From: Chloroflexota bacterium | GTDB taxonomy: Bacteria; Chloroflexota; Dehalococcoidia; UBA2979 | Length of the DNA stretch: 64,000 nucleotides | Direction: 5' to 3' | NCBI GenBank assembly: GCA_027593235.1 | Contig: JAQCIU010000012.1 | Coordinates: 1 to 64,000, forward strand | Shown: positions 19,196 through 31,419 of the stretch, one piece after another | Numbering within the stretch: the stretch's first letter is position 1 | Layout: every line of letters starts with the position of its first letter | Program-made: the position numbers and the translations under genes | The notes under the pieces: model-generated | The model's database searches: none | What the model was told of the DNA's origin: nothing | Seen by the model: only the letters and a program-made list of their open reading frames with translations

Positions 19196-20656
19196 GTGGG
19201 TGTGACCACAGAACGGCTCGCAGGTTCGCTCGTCCAACTCGATATCGAGGTAGACGACGAGCGGCTTCAAGGCGCGATGACGAAGGCAGTGAGCCGCATC
19301 TCACAGCAGGTGCGGATCCCCGGGTTCCGACCCGGCAAGGCGCCGCGCAGCGTGGTGGAACGCCACGTGGGGTCCGGCGCGATCCTCCAGGAGGCGCTGG
19401 ACAAGCTTGTCCCGGACGTCTACCAGGAAGCCGTGGAGTCCGAGGCGATCGATGTCATCGATCAGCCGGAGATCGAGCTGACCTCCACCGAGCCGCTGAT
19501 CGTGCGCGCGACGGTGCCGGTGCGGCCGACCGTTGACCTGGGCGAGTACCTCGCGATCCGCGCCCCCAAGCCCGCGGTGGATGTCACCGACGACGAGCGG
19601 GAGGACGCGCTGACCGAGCTGCGCCGCCGCTTCGCGATGCTGGAGCCGGTCGATCGCGCGATTGGGTGGGGCGACACCGTCCGCGCCGACGTGAAGGTCG
19701 TCATCGAGGGCGAAGCAGAGCCCCACGAGGAGTCCGACGCCGAATTCGCGCTGCGCGAAGGCGGGATCGTCTTGCTGCCCGGTTTCGCCGAGGAGTTGAT
19801 CGGTCGCGAGCGTGGCGGTCCGCTGGAGTTCAGCACGACGCTGCCGGACGACCTCACGGAGAGCCTGGCCGGCAAGGAAGCTGCCTACACCATCACCATT
19901 CACGAGGTGAAGCAGGAGATCCTGCCGGACGCCGACGATGCGTTCGCCGTCTCGCTGGACGACGGGTTCGAGACGCTGGCGGCGCTGAAGGAGCGGATCG
20001 ATACCGATCTGACCGCTCACAAGGAGCAGTCGGTACGCAACGAGTACCACAACGAAATCGTCGACCTGCTGGTCGCCGGTGCGACGGTCGATTTCCCCGA
20101 AGTGCTGATCGACCGCGACATCGAGCGGCTGATCGACATCGAGTCCAACCACGCCTCGCACACCGCCGAGGGCCTGCAGCAATGGCTGGATGCCACCGGG
20201 CAGACGGTCGAGGGCCTGCGCGAGCGCTTGCGCGGTGCCGCTGAGAGCAACGTGCGACGCGCACTGGTGCTCGGTGAGCTGGCGTCGGTCGCCGAGATCG
20301 ACGTGGACGATGACGCAGTGTCTGAGGAACTCGACACGCTGGTGCGCGGGATGTCCGGTGGCGAGGCCGCTGAGATGGAGCAGCTCGCACGGGTTCGCGC
20401 GCTGGTGGACACCCCGGAAGGCCGGTCCTCGATTTCCAACCGGCTGCTGACGCAGCGCACGCTGGACCGCCTGGAAGAGATTGCCTCGCAGGCGGAGGAC
20501 GGGGACGGCGAAGCCGCCACCACCGCCCCCCGCCGCAGTCGCCGCCGCCGTAGTGGGGGCGACGCCGAGGCGAGCACGGAAGATCCCGAAGCATCTGCTG
20601 ACGATTCTGTCAGCGAGACCGGAACCGCTGACGCGGAACCGGGCAACGACCCCTAG
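19196..20656 (+). CDS. tig: Trigger factor
   Basis: Ribosome-binding signature IPGFRPGKAP, FKBP-like middle region, position before clpP-clpX. GTG start inferred. Confidence 0.93.
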   Translation: MGVTTERLAGSLVQLDIEVDDERLQGAMTKAVSRISQQVRIPGFRPGKAPRSVVERHVGSGAILQEALDKLVPDVYQEAVESEAIDVIDQPEIELTSTEPLIVRATVPVRPTVDLGEYLAIRAPKPAVDVTDDEREDALTELRRRFAMLEPVDRAIGWGDTVRADVKVVIEGEAEPHEESDAEFALREGGIVLLPGFAEELIGRERGGPLEFSTTLPDDLTESLAGKEAAYTITIHEVKQEILPDADDAFAVSLDDGFETLAALKERIDTDLTAHKEQSVRNEYHNEIVDLLVAGATVDFPEVLIDRDIERLIDIESNHASHTAEGLQQWLDATGQTVEGLRERLRGAAESNVRRALVLGELASVAEIDVDDDAVSEELDTLVRGMSGGEAAEMEQLARVRALVDTPEGRSSISNRLLTQRTLDRLEEIASQAEDGDGEAATTAPRRSRRRRSGGDAEASTEDPEASADDSVSETGTADAEPGNDP

Positions 20657-20710
20657 CGATTTCAGAGCCGATCGACCGACGATCAGCGCAATGGGAAGGC
20701 CTGAATCGAC

Positions 20711-21349
20711 ATGACCTACCGAGCACCCCGCCTGGAGGACTTCTCTCCGGGATTCCTCAAGCCCGAGAACATCGTGCCGATGGTGGTAGAGACGAGCGCA
20801 CGCGGTGAGCGGGCCTACGACATCTATTCGCTGCTCCTCAAGGAGCGGATCGTCTTCCTCGGAACGGGGATCGACGATCAGGTAGCGAACAGCATCGTGG
20901 CACAGCTGCTGTACCTGGATCGGGAGGACCCGGACCGCGACATTTCGATGTACATCCACTCGCCGGGCGGGATGGTGTACGCGGGCCTCGCAATGTTCGA
21001 CACCATGAACCTGATCCGCTCCGATGTCTCAACGATTGCAGTGGGCGTCACCGCTTCCATGGGGACGGTCTTGCTGTCGGCTGGGAAGAAGGGCAAGCGG
21101 TTCGCACTGCCGAACGCCACGGTGCACATGCACCAGGCGCTGGGCGGCGGATCCGGTCAGGCCTCGGACGTCCAGATTCAGGCGCAGGAACTGATGCGCA
21201 ACAACCAGAAGATTCGCCAGATCCTCGCCGACGCGACGGACCAGCCGATGGAGCGCATTGAGCGCGACACCGACCGGGACTTTTATATGTCGGCGCAAGA
21301 GGCCCAGGCGTACGGTTTGATCGACGAGGTGTTGGCCAAGCCCGAGTAG
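20711..21349 (+). CDS. clpP: ATP-dependent Clp protease proteolytic subunit
   Basis: [29 protein letters not shown]; catalytic ASMG, HQ and DRD. Confidence 0.96.
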   Translation: MTYRAPRLEDFSPGFLKPENIVPMVVETSARGERAYDIYSLLLKERIVFLGTGIDDQVANSIVAQLLYLDREDPDRDISMYIHSPGGMVYAGLAMFDTMNLIRSDVSTIAVGVTASMGTVLLSAGKKGKRFALPNATVHMHQALGGGSGQASDVQIQAQELMRNNQKIRQILADATDQPMERIERDTDRDFYMSAQEAQAYGLIDEVLAKPE

Positions 21350-21387
21350 ATAGCTCGGGATTGACCAACGAACGGACCGGGGGACCG

Positions 21388-22695
<1,308 letters not shown>

Positions 22696-22840
22696 CGACC
22701 GCCGGGTTCTACCGCCGCGCGCACAGCCGCCGGGTGCACACCCAGCGGTTCGTGGTGCTCGGCAGGCACGTACCCGGTGATATCCTCCGCCCTGACTCGC
22801 GCGCCTTCGATTCCGCGCGTTTGATCGCGGGGGCCCACCC

Positions 22841-23620
22841 ATGACCGCGCCACCCAATGCCCGCCCCGCGGCCAAGCGCCGCGTCGCCAAACAACGTCTC
22901 GATGACTTGCTGGTCGATCGCGGGCTGGCGACGGACCGCGCGCACGCCCGCGCCCTGGTGCTCGCGCGACAGGTGCTGGTGAGCGGCCAGGTGGCGCTGC
23001 GCGCCGCCGCGCCGCTCCCGACCGACGTGCCGCTCGAGCTGAAGACCGGCGCCCGCTACGCCAGCCGCGGCGGCGACAAGCTGGCGCACGCCCTCGCGCG
23101 GACCGGCGTCACGGTCGAGGGCCGGCGCTGCCTCGATATGGGCGCGTCCACGGGCGGGTTCACCGACTGCCTGCTCCAACACGGCGCGGCCGCCGTGGTC
23201 GCCGTCGACGTCGCTTATGGCGAGCTGTTGCCGAAGCTGCGCGACGATCCGCGGGTGACGGTGATCGAGCGAACGAACGCGCGCGATCTGGCGCCGCTGA
23301 TTCCGCCCGCGGATCTCGCGGTGATCGACGTCTCGTTCATCTCCGTGACCGCGGTCTTGTCCGCGACGGTGCGATCGCTCAGGCCGGGCGCGGACGTGAT
23401 CGCCCTCGTCAAGCCACAGTTCGAAGCGGAGCGTGGCGCGTTGGAGAGTGGCGGCGTGGTCTACGACCCGCTGGAACACGCGCGCGTGGTTGCGCGCGTG
23501 GCGGCCTGGGCGCTGGACAGCGGCCTGCGCGTGCGTGGCGTCGTGCGATCGCCCCTGCTCGGCCCCGCGGGCAATCGCGAGTTCTTCCTCTGGCTGCGCG
23601 TGGACGGAGCGGCCTCGTGA
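22841..23620 (+). CDS. tlyA: TlyA family rRNA 2'-O-methyltransferase
   Basis: S4 domain RLDDLLV, SRGGDKL, DMGASTGGFTD, DVSFIS, KPQFE, GNREF. Confidence 0.93.
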   Translation: MTAPPNARPAAKRRVAKQRLDDLLVDRGLATDRAHARALVLARQVLVSGQVALRAAAPLPTDVPLELKTGARYASRGGDKLAHALARTGVTVEGRRCLDMGASTGGFTDCLLQHGAAAVVAVDVAYGELLPKLRDDPRVTVIERTNARDLAPLIPPADLAVIDVSFISVTAVLSATVRSLRPGADVIALVKPQFEAERGALESGGVVYDPLEHARVVARVAAWALDSGLRVRGVVRSPLLGPAGNREFFLWLRVDGAAS

Positions 23621-24498
23621 GCGACGTGTTGCCGCCGCAGCGGGTGGTCGTCTGCTTCAACCCGGCGGTGAACGGTGCCGGCGAGCTGGCGCGTGCCCTG
23701 GCGACCCAGACCGAGGCGGCAGGGCGCGCCGTATGGCTCGGCGCGCTCCCCGATCCGCATGAAGGGGATCCCGCCGAGTTTCGCGGGCACCTGTCCGACG
23801 CCGATCTGCTGGTCTGCGTCGGCGGCGATGGAACCGTACTCCACGCCTCGGAACATGCGGCGGCCACGGGGACACCGGTCTTCGGTGTGCGGATGGGCCG
23901 GCTGGGCTTCCTCAGCGAGGTCACCGGCGGGGAGGCATCGCTCGCCCTCGATCGGGTACTCGCGGGCGCCGGGCGCTTCGAGCGGCGGTCCACGGTGCGC
24001 GCGCAGGTGAACGGCGAAGCGCCGAGCTTCGCGCTGAACGACATCGTGATCGGGCGGGCGAGCCTCGGACGGACGATCTCCGTCGGCGCGCGCGTCGATG
24101 GCGTGCTGCTGGCGGAATACCGCGCCGACGCCGTGATCGTCGCGACGGCCACCGGGTCGACGGGCTACGCGCTGTCCGTCAGCGGTCCGATCCTGCCCCC
24201 GGAATCGCTCGAGATGATCCTGGTTCCGGTCGCCCCGCACCTGACGCGTTCGAACGCCCTCGTGCTGCCGCCGTCGAGCGAGATCAGCCTCTACGTGGAG
24301 CGCGGCTACGAGGCGGTGTTCACCGTCGACGGGCTGCGCGAACGGCCGCTGGACTCCGGAACCACGGTGGTGATCGGCCACGGCGAACGCCACGTCGACT
24401 TCGTGCGATTGGGCGAGCCGGCGCAGTTCTACGCGAACATCGCCGAACGCCTCGGATGGCTGCGCTCCGACCACGTGCTCGACGCCCCGGACGCCTGA
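23617..24498 (+). CDS. nadK: NAD kinase
   Basis: GGDGT, GRLGFL, ALND, ATGSTGYALS. Confidence 0.92.
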   Translation: MSDVLPPQRVVVCFNPAVNGAGELARALATQTEAAGRAVWLGALPDPHEGDPAEFRGHLSDADLLVCVGGDGTVLHASEHAAATGTPVFGVRMGRLGFLSEVTGGEASLALDRVLAGAGRFERRSTVRAQVNGEAPSFALNDIVIGRASLGRTISVGARVDGVLLAEYRADAVIVATATGSTGYALSVSGPILPPESLEMILVPVAPHLTRSNALVLPPSSEISLYVERGYEAVFTVDGLRERPLDSGTTVVIGHGERHVDFVRLGEPAQFYANIAERLGWLRSDHVLDAPDA

Positions 24499-24622
24499 GC
24501 GCCGGCCGCCGGCGGCCCGACACATCGCCGTCGGTCACGGCTGCACTGATCCTCGCTAGACTCACTGCTCATCAATCATCGCGCCGCCGCGATCCGGCGC
24601 GCGCGACACCCGGAGGGCGACC

Positions 24623-25069
24623 ATGTCGATCGACGCACGGCTGCAGGAGCTGGGAATCACGCTGCCCGAGGTGGGCGCGCCGATGGGGAGCTACGTGCAC
24701 GCCGTCCAGACCGGGAATCTGCTGTTTCTGGCGGGCAAAGGGCCACGCAACTCGACCGGCAAGGTCGGTGCAGGCGTGTCCGTCGAGGACGCGTACCAGG
24801 CCGCGCGCGACACGGGGCTGACGCTGATCGCCGTGATGAAGCAGGAACTCGGGTCGCTGGATCGCGTGACCCGCATCGTCAAGGTGCTGGGGATGGTCAA
24901 CGCCGCGCCTGACTTCGGCGATCAGCCGAAGGTGATCAACGGCTGCTCCGATCTGTTCATCGAGGTGTTTGGCGACAAGGGCCGCCACGCGCGTTCCGCC
25001 GTCGGCATGGGCTCGTTGCCAAACCAGATCTCCGTCGAGATCGAGTGCATCGTCGAGGTGAGCGACTAA
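24623..25069 (+). CDS. RidA/YjgF family protein
   Basis: INGCSDLFIEVFGDKGRHARSAVGM. Confidence 0.9.
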   Translation: MSIDARLQELGITLPEVGAPMGSYVHAVQTGNLLFLAGKGPRNSTGKVGAGVSVEDAYQAARDTGLTLIAVMKQELGSLDRVTRIVKVLGMVNAAPDFGDQPKVINGCSDLFIEVFGDKGRHARSAVGMGSLPNQISVEIECIVEVSD

Positions 25070-25136
25070 CCCCGCCGCCGGCGGATTCGGTCGAACCCCA
25101 CCTGATTGCGGGGCCCGGAAGGACTATCCTTTCTTC

Positions 25137-25628
25137 ATGACGAGTGAAGTCGACACGGTGAAGCAGGCCCCGCCGACGGTCTATCCGGCGACGGTGCACG
25201 ACGCCCCCGGCATTCACCGGCTGGTGAACCACTGGGCCGCTCAGGGCCAGATGCTGCCGCGCACGCTGGCCGAGACGTACGAGAATCTGCGCGACTTCTT
25301 CGTGATCCGCGACGGTGACGAGGTGATCGCCTGCGGCGCGCTGCACATCATGTGGAACGACATGGCGGAGCTGAAATCGCTCGCCGTCGATCCAGACCGG
25401 CAGTCCGGCGGGTACGGCAGCGCGATCGTCGCCGCCTGTGTCATCGAGGGCCGCCGGCTCGGGATGCAGCGGCTGTTCGCGCTGAGCTACCGGCCCGGCT
25501 TCTTCGAACGCCTTGGCTGGCAGCAGGCGGACGTGATGAACCTGCCACGCAAGGTCTGGAACGAGTGCTACCGCTGCCCGAAGTTCCCGGGCTGCGACGA
25601 GATCGCGCTGATCTTTGACCTCGACTGA
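25137..25628 (+). CDS. argA: GNAT N-acetyltransferase, short ArgA-like (N-acetylglutamate synthase)
   Basis: MLPRTLAETYENLRDF, AELKSLAV, FFERLG, C-terminal KVWNECYRCPKFPGCDE. Confidence 0.8.
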   Translation: MTSEVDTVKQAPPTVYPATVHDAPGIHRLVNHWAAQGQMLPRTLAETYENLRDFFVIRDGDEVIACGALHIMWNDMAELKSLAVDPDRQSGGYGSAIVAACVIEGRRLGMQRLFALSYRPGFFERLGWQQADVMNLPRKVWNECYRCPKFPGCDEIALIFDLD

Positions 25629-26175
25629 TTCGACGCCGTCCGACCTGCCCGCGCTGGTCTCCTCCGAGGTCCTCGTCGAGGGCCACATCATCAACGTCGA
25701 ACGCGACATCATCCGCTTCCACGACGGTCACGAGGCCGAACGGATGGTCGTGCGGCACCCCGGCGCGATTGCGCTGGTGGTCGTCGATGACAAGGATCGC
25801 TGGCTGCTCGTGCGCCAGTACCGGCACCCGGCGGGCGACATGCTGCTGGAGATCCCCGCGGGCACGCGCGAGCCGGGGGAACCGCCGGCGGACACCGCCG
25901 CTCGCGAGGTGCGCGAGGAGACCGGCTACGCGGCCGCGTCGCTGATCCACCTCGGTGGGACCTGGATGGCGCCCGGATTCTGCAGCGAATACATCGACTT
26001 TTACCTCGCGAGCGACCTGTCGGAAGCGCCGCTGTTACAGGACGACGACGAGTACATCGGCGCGCCGGTGCGGATGACCGAGGCGCAAGTGGAAGCGGCG
26101 ATTGGCGCGGGCGAGATCCGCGACGCGAAGACGCTGGTTGCCCTCACGCTCGTCCGATTGCGACGCGGAAGTTGA
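25615..26175 (+). CDS. ADP-ribose pyrophosphatase-like NUDIX hydrolase
   Basis: HPGA, RQYR, LEIPAGTREPGEPPADTAAREVREETG, DAKT. Confidence 0.9.
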   Translation: MTSTDSTPSDLPALVSSEVLVEGHIINVERDIIRFHDGHEAERMVVRHPGAIALVVVDDKDRWLLVRQYRHPAGDMLLEIPAGTREPGEPPADTAAREVREETGYAAASLIHLGGTWMAPGFCSEYIDFYLASDLSEAPLLQDDDEYIGAPVRMTEAQVEAAIGAGEIRDAKTLVALTLVRLRRGS

Positions 26176-26276
26176 CCGATCATCACGTTCACTTGACCGT
26201 GCAGGATGTGCGGCCAATAGTCTTGTAGGACCTCGATGAGATCGGGGCGAGCAGTGCAGGATGGCAGGCGAGGCTC

Positions 26277-27068
26277 ATGGCACAGGCGACAGCGCAACCA
26301 CCTGAATCGCTGGAACGCCGCTACGGACTGACTCAGCGTCGCGATCGCTGGTGGGTTGAGCCGGCGCTTGTGGGCAGCGGGCTGCTCCTCTACATCGTGT
26401 ACTCAGGCATCTCCGCGATGCTCGGGGACCGCTGGGCCTTCGAGACCGATCACCACCTTTACCTCTCGCCGTTCTTTGAGCCGCTGATCACGCCGGGCTG
26501 GCTGCCGGAGTTCATCTCACCGGCGCTCTTGATTCTCTGGGCGCCCCTGGGGTTCCGCACAACCTGCTACTACTACCGGCGGGCGTACTACCGGTCCTAC
26601 TTCTTGAGCCCGCCGGCCTGCTCGGTCCGGGAACCGGCGGGGAGCTACAAGGGCGAGGGTGTCTTTCCGCTCATCCTCCAGAACGTCCACCGCTACTTCA
26701 TGTATGCGGCCGTCATCTTCCTCCCGATCCTCTGGATCGGTGCAGTCAAATCGTTCCATCTGCCCGGCGAGGGCGTCGGTGTCGGTGTCGGTTCGCTCGT
26801 GCTGGTGCTGAACGCGTATCTGTTGACGATGTTCACGATCGGCTGCCATGCCTTGCGGCATTTTGTCGCTGGCGGACTCAACCAGTTCTCGAAATCGACG
26901 CCGACCCGGGTGCGACGCCAACTCTGGGGCGTGGTGACGGTGGCGAACGAACGTCACCGTTTCTGGGCGTGGACGAGCCTGATCTTCGTGGGTGTGACCG
27001 ACCTCTACATCCACCTGGTGGCGAGCGGCGTCGTCACTGACCTGAATACGTGGTCCAACCCGATCTAA
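26277..27068 (+). CDS. Succinate dehydrogenase membrane anchor (actinobacterial Sdh1C/Rv0249c-like)
   Basis: GFRTTCYYYRRAYYRS, QNVHRYF, GCHALRH; directly upstream of sdhAB. Confidence 0.85.
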   Translation: MAQATAQPPESLERRYGLTQRRDRWWVEPALVGSGLLLYIVYSGISAMLGDRWAFETDHHLYLSPFFEPLITPGWLPEFISPALLILWAPLGFRTTCYYYRRAYYRSYFLSPPACSVREPAGSYKGEGVFPLILQNVHRYFMYAAVIFLPILWIGAVKSFHLPGEGVGVGVGSLVLVLNAYLLTMFTIGCHALRHFVAGGLNQFSKSTPTRVRRQLWGVVTVANERHRFWAWTSLIFVGVTDLYIHLVASGVVTDLNTWSNPI

Positions 27069-27112
27069 GCCCGAGCGACATCGACGATCGCACAGCTCCG
27101 AGGACGTGACTG

Positions 27113-28903
27113 ATGGCCGACTACGAGACGCATGAGTACGACGTACTCGTGATCGGGGCGGGCGGCGCCGGATTGCGCGCCGCCGTCGAGGCCTCCGCGC
27201 TGGGCGCGAAGACCGGTCTGGTCTGCAAGTCTCTCCTCGGCAAGGCGCACACCGTCATGGCCGAGGGCGGGATGGCCGCCGCGATGGGCAATGTCTGGCC
27301 CGAGGACAACTGGCAGGTCCATTTCCGCGACACGATGCGCGGCGGCAAGATGCTGAACAACTGGCGCATGGCGCAGATTCACGCGCAGGAGTCCCCTGAC
27401 CGCGTCGCGGAACTCGAGGAGTGGGGCGCACTCTTCGACCGCACGGCGGACGGCCGCATCTCGCAGCGCGACTTCGGTGGTCACCGCTACGCGCGGCTCG
27501 CTCACATCGGCGACCGCACCGGCCTCGAGATGATTCGCACGCTCCAGCAGCACGCGGTGCACCGTGGCATCGAGGTGCACCAGGAGTGCACTGTGAACCG
27601 GCTGGTGAAGGACGGCGACCGCATCGCGGGCGCCGTTGCCTACTGGCGCGAGAGCGGGCGTCCCGTCCTCTTCCGCGCGAAGGCGGTCATCCTCGCCACC
27701 GGCGGGCTCGGCAAGATCTGGTCGATCACCTCGAATTCGTGGGAAGGCACCGGCGACGGTCACGCGCTGGCGCTCTACGCCGGCGCGGAAATGATCGACA
27801 TGGAGTGCGTGCAGTTCCACCCGACCGGGATGGTCTGGCCACCCTCCGTGCGCGGGATCCTCGTCACCGAGGGTGTGCGCGGCGACGGTGGCACGCTGCG
27901 CAACTCGACCGGCAAGCGCTTCATGTTCGACTACATTCCGAAGATGTTCGCCGCCGAGACGGCCGACACCGAAGCCGAAGCCGACAAGTGGTACGACGAC
28001 AAGACCGTCCGCCGGACCCCGGATCTGCTGCCCCGTGACGAGGTGGCACGCGCGATCAACTCCGAGGTGAAGGCGGGCCGCGGTAGCCCTCACGGCGGCG
28101 TCTTCCTGGACATCGCGACGCGCCGCGACACGGACTACATCAAGCGCCGACTGCCCTCGATGTACCACCAGTTCATGCAGCTCGCCGGTGTTGACATCAC
28201 CTCCGAATCGATGGAGGTGGGACCGACCGCGCACTACGCGATGGGCGGGGTGCGGGTGGAGCCGGAGACCGCGGCATCATCGGTCACCGGCCTGTTCGCC
28301 GCCGGAGAGGTCGCTGGCGGCATGCACGGTTCCAACCGCCTCGGCGGTAACTCGCTCTCGGACCTCGTGGTCTTCGGTCGCCGCGCCGGGATTGGCGCCG
28401 CTGAGTACGCGGCGGGCCTCGCGGAGTTGCCCGCCGTCGACGGTGGCGACGTGGACGTGGCGCTGGCGCGGATCCGCGCGCCGTTCGAGGGCAGTGGCAA
28501 GGAAAACCCCTACACGCTGCACAAGGAACTCCAGGACGGGATGCAGGATAACGTCGGCATCATCCGCACCGAGTCGGAGATGCTCCAGGCGCTCGCCGAC
28601 ATCGCCACGCTGAAGGAGCGCGCCTCGAACGTCACCGTCGAGGGCAACGTTCAGTACAACCCGGGCTGGCACCTCGCGCTCGATCTGGAGCACCTGCTGG
28701 TCGTCGCCGAGGCGATCACAAAGGGCGCGCTGGAGCGCAAGGAGAGCCGCGGTGGTCACACCCGCGAGGACTTCCCCGGACCGTCCGCCGAATTTGGCAA
28801 GGTCAACGTGGTCGGCACCCTGACCGAAGACGGCGTCCAGGTACGGCAAGAGCCGCTGCCGGTGATGCCCGCAGAGCTGCAGCGCCTCTTCGAGGAGGAC
28901 TAG
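27113..28903 (+). CDS. sdhA: Succinate dehydrogenase/fumarate reductase flavoprotein
   Basis: GAGGAG, KAHTVMAEGG, QFHPTG, TEGVRGDG, HGSNRLGGNSL, ESRGGH. Confidence 0.96.
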   Translation: MADYETHEYDVLVIGAGGAGLRAAVEASALGAKTGLVCKSLLGKAHTVMAEGGMAAAMGNVWPEDNWQVHFRDTMRGGKMLNNWRMAQIHAQESPDRVAELEEWGALFDRTADGRISQRDFGGHRYARLAHIGDRTGLEMIRTLQQHAVHRGIEVHQECTVNRLVKDGDRIAGAVAYWRESGRPVLFRAKAVILATGGLGKIWSITSNSWEGTGDGHALALYAGAEMIDMECVQFHPTGMVWPPSVRGILVTEGVRGDGGTLRNSTGKRFMFDYIPKMFAAETADTEAEADKWYDDKTVRRTPDLLPRDEVARAINSEVKAGRGSPHGGVFLDIATRRDTDYIKRRLPSMYHQFMQLAGVDITSESMEVGPTAHYAMGGVRVEPETAASSVTGLFAAGEVAGGMHGSNRLGGNSLSDLVVFGRRAGIGAAEYAAGLAELPAVDGGDVDVALARIRAPFEGSGKENPYTLHKELQDGMQDNVGIIRTESEMLQALADIATLKERASNVTVEGNVQYNPGWHLALDLEHLLVVAEAITKGALERKESRGGHTREDFPGPSAEFGKVNVVGTLTEDGVQVRQEPLPVMPAELQRLFEED

Positions 28904-28905
28904 TT

Positions 28906-29649
28906 ATGCCCAACGCACACCTCCGCGTCTGGCGCGGCGATCAAGACGGCGACTACGCCGAATACGATGTCGAGTACGAGCACGGGATGGTCGTCCTCGA
29001 TGTCGTGCACCGGCTTCAGGCGACGCAGGCGCCGGATCTGGCGGTGCGCTGGAACTGCAAGGCCGGCAAATGCGGCTCATGCAGCGCCGAGGTGAACGGC
29101 ACCCCGAAGCTGCAATGCATGCAGCGGATGGAGCTGTACCCGGAGGGCGAGACGATCTCGATCGCCCCGCTGAAGACCTTCCCGCTGATCCGCGACCTCG
29201 TCACCGACGTGAGCTGGAACTACGAGGTCGCGAAGACGATCCCAGAGATCAAGCTCAAGGCGCGCGAAGCCGACGGTACGCACCGGATGGCGCAGATCGA
29301 CGTCGACCGCGGCCAGGAGTTCCGGAAGTGCATCGAGTGCTTCATGTGCCAGGACGTCTGTCACGTGATCCGCGACCACCCCGAGAACATGGACAACTTC
29401 GCCGGGCCTCGGTTCTTCGTGCGGCTCGCCGAGGTGGCGATGCACCCGCTCGACACCAACACCAAGGAGTCGACGGTCCAGCACGGTTTCGGGCTGGAGT
29501 ACTGCAACATCACCAAGTGCTGCACGGACGTCTGCCCCGAAGGCATCCACATCACGGACAACGCGATTATTCCGCTGAAGGAGCGACGCGTGGACGTGCA
29601 CTACGACCCGCTGCGCGCCCTCGGGCGGAAGTTGTTCGGGAAGAACTAG
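28906..29649 (+). CDS. sdhB: Succinate dehydrogenase iron-sulfur subunit
   Basis: CKAGKCGSC, CIECFMCQDVC, CNITKCCTDVCP. Confidence 0.96.
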   Translation: MPNAHLRVWRGDQDGDYAEYDVEYEHGMVVLDVVHRLQATQAPDLAVRWNCKAGKCGSCSAEVNGTPKLQCMQRMELYPEGETISIAPLKTFPLIRDLVTDVSWNYEVAKTIPEIKLKAREADGTHRMAQIDVDRGQEFRKCIECFMCQDVCHVIRDHPENMDNFAGPRFFVRLAEVAMHPLDTNTKESTVQHGFGLEYCNITKCCTDVCPEGIHITDNAIIPLKERRVDVHYDPLRALGRKLFGKN

Positions 29650-29677
29650 CTCGCGCAACCTTCGGAGCTGACGCCAG

Positions 29678-29704
29678 AACGGCGCCCGCGAGGGCGCCGT
29701 TTTC
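29678..29704 (+). terminator. Intrinsic terminator after sdhB
   Basis: AACGGCGCCC-GCGA-GGGCGCCGTT stem-loop followed by further T residues. Confidence 0.7.
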
Positions 29705-29981
29705 GTTGTGCGCTCGTTTGGTTCGAAGGGATGTGGGCATTGCCATCGGCAGTGTCTGCGGGAGTAGGTAGATCCTGTGCTCCCACCCGTGGGGGCTTGG
29801 CGCCCCACACCCGGCCTGTCCGGAGGCTTGGGCTTCGCCGCGCCGGACGGTTGCCCTCGGGACGGTCGGGTGCGGTGGCGGGGCCCCTCGGAACGTGACG
29901 TGCGGCGGGGACGACCGGACGGGCGTGTTACCTCGGACGGCTCGGGAGCAGGCCCGAAGGGTCGTTGAGCGCCGAAGGCGC

Positions 29982-31376
29982 CTAGGGGCGGGTCATTTCC
30001 TCGGGCTTGATCCACTCGGCGAACTGGGCGTCGGACATCAGGCCGAGAGCGGCTCCGGCTTCGCGGAGGGTTGTGTTGTCCTCGTAGGCCTTCTTCGCGA
30101 TCTTGGCGGCGTTGTCGTAGCCGATGTGCGGGTTGAGCGCGGTCACGAGCATCAGCGAGGACTCCATCAGCTCGCGGATGCGGGCCTCGTTGGCCTCGAT
30201 GCCGACGACGCAGTGCTCCGTGAAGGAGCGCGAGGCGTCGGCCAGCAGGCGGATGCTCTGCAGGTTGTTGTAGGCGATCACGGGCTTGAAGACGTTCAGC
30301 TCGAAGTGGCCGGTCGCGCCGCCGACGGCGACGGTCATGTCGTTGCCCATCACCTGCGCGCAGACCATCGTCATCGCCTCGGACTGGGTGGGGTTCACCT
30401 TGCCCGGCATGATCGAGGAGCCCGGCTCGTTCGCCGGCAAGATCAACTCGCCGATGCCGGCGCGCGGACCGGATCCGAGCATGCGGATGTCGTTGGCGAT
30501 CTTCATCAGTGACACGGCGACGACCTTGAGCTGGCCGGACAGCTCGACCTGCGCATCGTGCGCAGCGAGTGATTCGAACTTGTTCGGCGCGGTGACGAAT
30601 GGCAGGCCGGTGTAGCTCTCGATCGCCTTCGCGATGCGGACGGCGAACTCCGGGTGCGAGTTCAGCCCGGTGCCGACGGCGGTGCCTCCGAGGGCGAGTT
30701 CGTACAGACGAGGCAGCACGCCCTCGAGGCGAGCGATGCCGTTGGTGAGCTGCTGCACGTAGCCAGAGAACTCCTGGCCCAGCGTCAGCGGCACCGCGTC
30801 CATCAAGTGAGTGCGGCCGATCTTGACGACGGCATCGAACTGCTGCGACTTCGCCTGCAACGCGTCCCGGAGCGTCGCCAGGGCGGGCAGCAATGCGTGG
30901 ACGACCTGTTCGGCCGTGGCCACGCTCATCGCGCCGGGGAACGTGTCGTTCGAGGACTGCGACATGTTCACGTGGTCGTTCGGGTGAACCGGCTGCTTCG
31001 AGCCGCGTTCGCCGCCGAGGATCTCGATCGCCCGGTTCGAGATCACCTCGTTGGCGTTCATGTTGGTCTGGGTGCCGGAGCCGGTCTGCCAGATGACGAG
31101 CGGGAAATGGTCGTCGAGGTCGCCCGCGATCACCTGCTCGGCCGCCGCACGGATCGCGGTGCCGAGGTCGCCCTCGAGCTTGCCGAGATCCTCGTTCACC
31201 TGCGAGCTGGCGTGCTTGACGATGCCGAAGCCGCGGATCAGCGGGCGCGGCATCCGCTCGATACCGATCTTGAAGTTCTCGAGGGAGCGCTGGGTCTGCG
31301 CGCCCCAGTAGCGATCGGCGGGTACCTCGATGGTGCCCATGCTGTCGGATTCGATGCGCGTGCCAGCATCCGTCAT
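29982..31376 (-). CDS. fumC: Class II fumarate hydratase
   Basis: [38 protein letters not shown]. Confidence 0.97.
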   Translation of the reverse strand: MTDAGTRIESDSMGTIEVPADRYWGAQTQRSLENFKIGIERMPRPLIRGFGIVKHASSQVNEDLGKLEGDLGTAIRAAAEQVIAGDLDDHFPLVIWQTGSGTQTNMNANEVISNRAIEILGGERGSKQPVHPNDHVNMSQSSNDTFPGAMSVATAEQVVHALLPALATLRDALQAKSQQFDAVVKIGRTHLMDAVPLTLGQEFSGYVQQLTNGIARLEGVLPRLYELALGGTAVGTGLNSHPEFAVRIAKAIESYTGLPFVTAPNKFESLAAHDAQVELSGQLKVVAVSLMKIANDIRMLGSGPRAGIGELILPANEPGSSIMPGKVNPTQSEAMTMVCAQVMGNDMTVAVGGATGHFELNVFKPVIAYNNLQSIRLLADASRSFTEHCVVGIEANEARIRELMESSLMLVTALNPHIGYDNAAKIAKKAYEDNTTLREAGAALGLMSDAQFAEWIKPEEMTRP

Positions 31377-31419
31377 CGGGGTACCTCCATCGCCGCTGTG
31401 TCTCGAGTATGCGGCGCGA

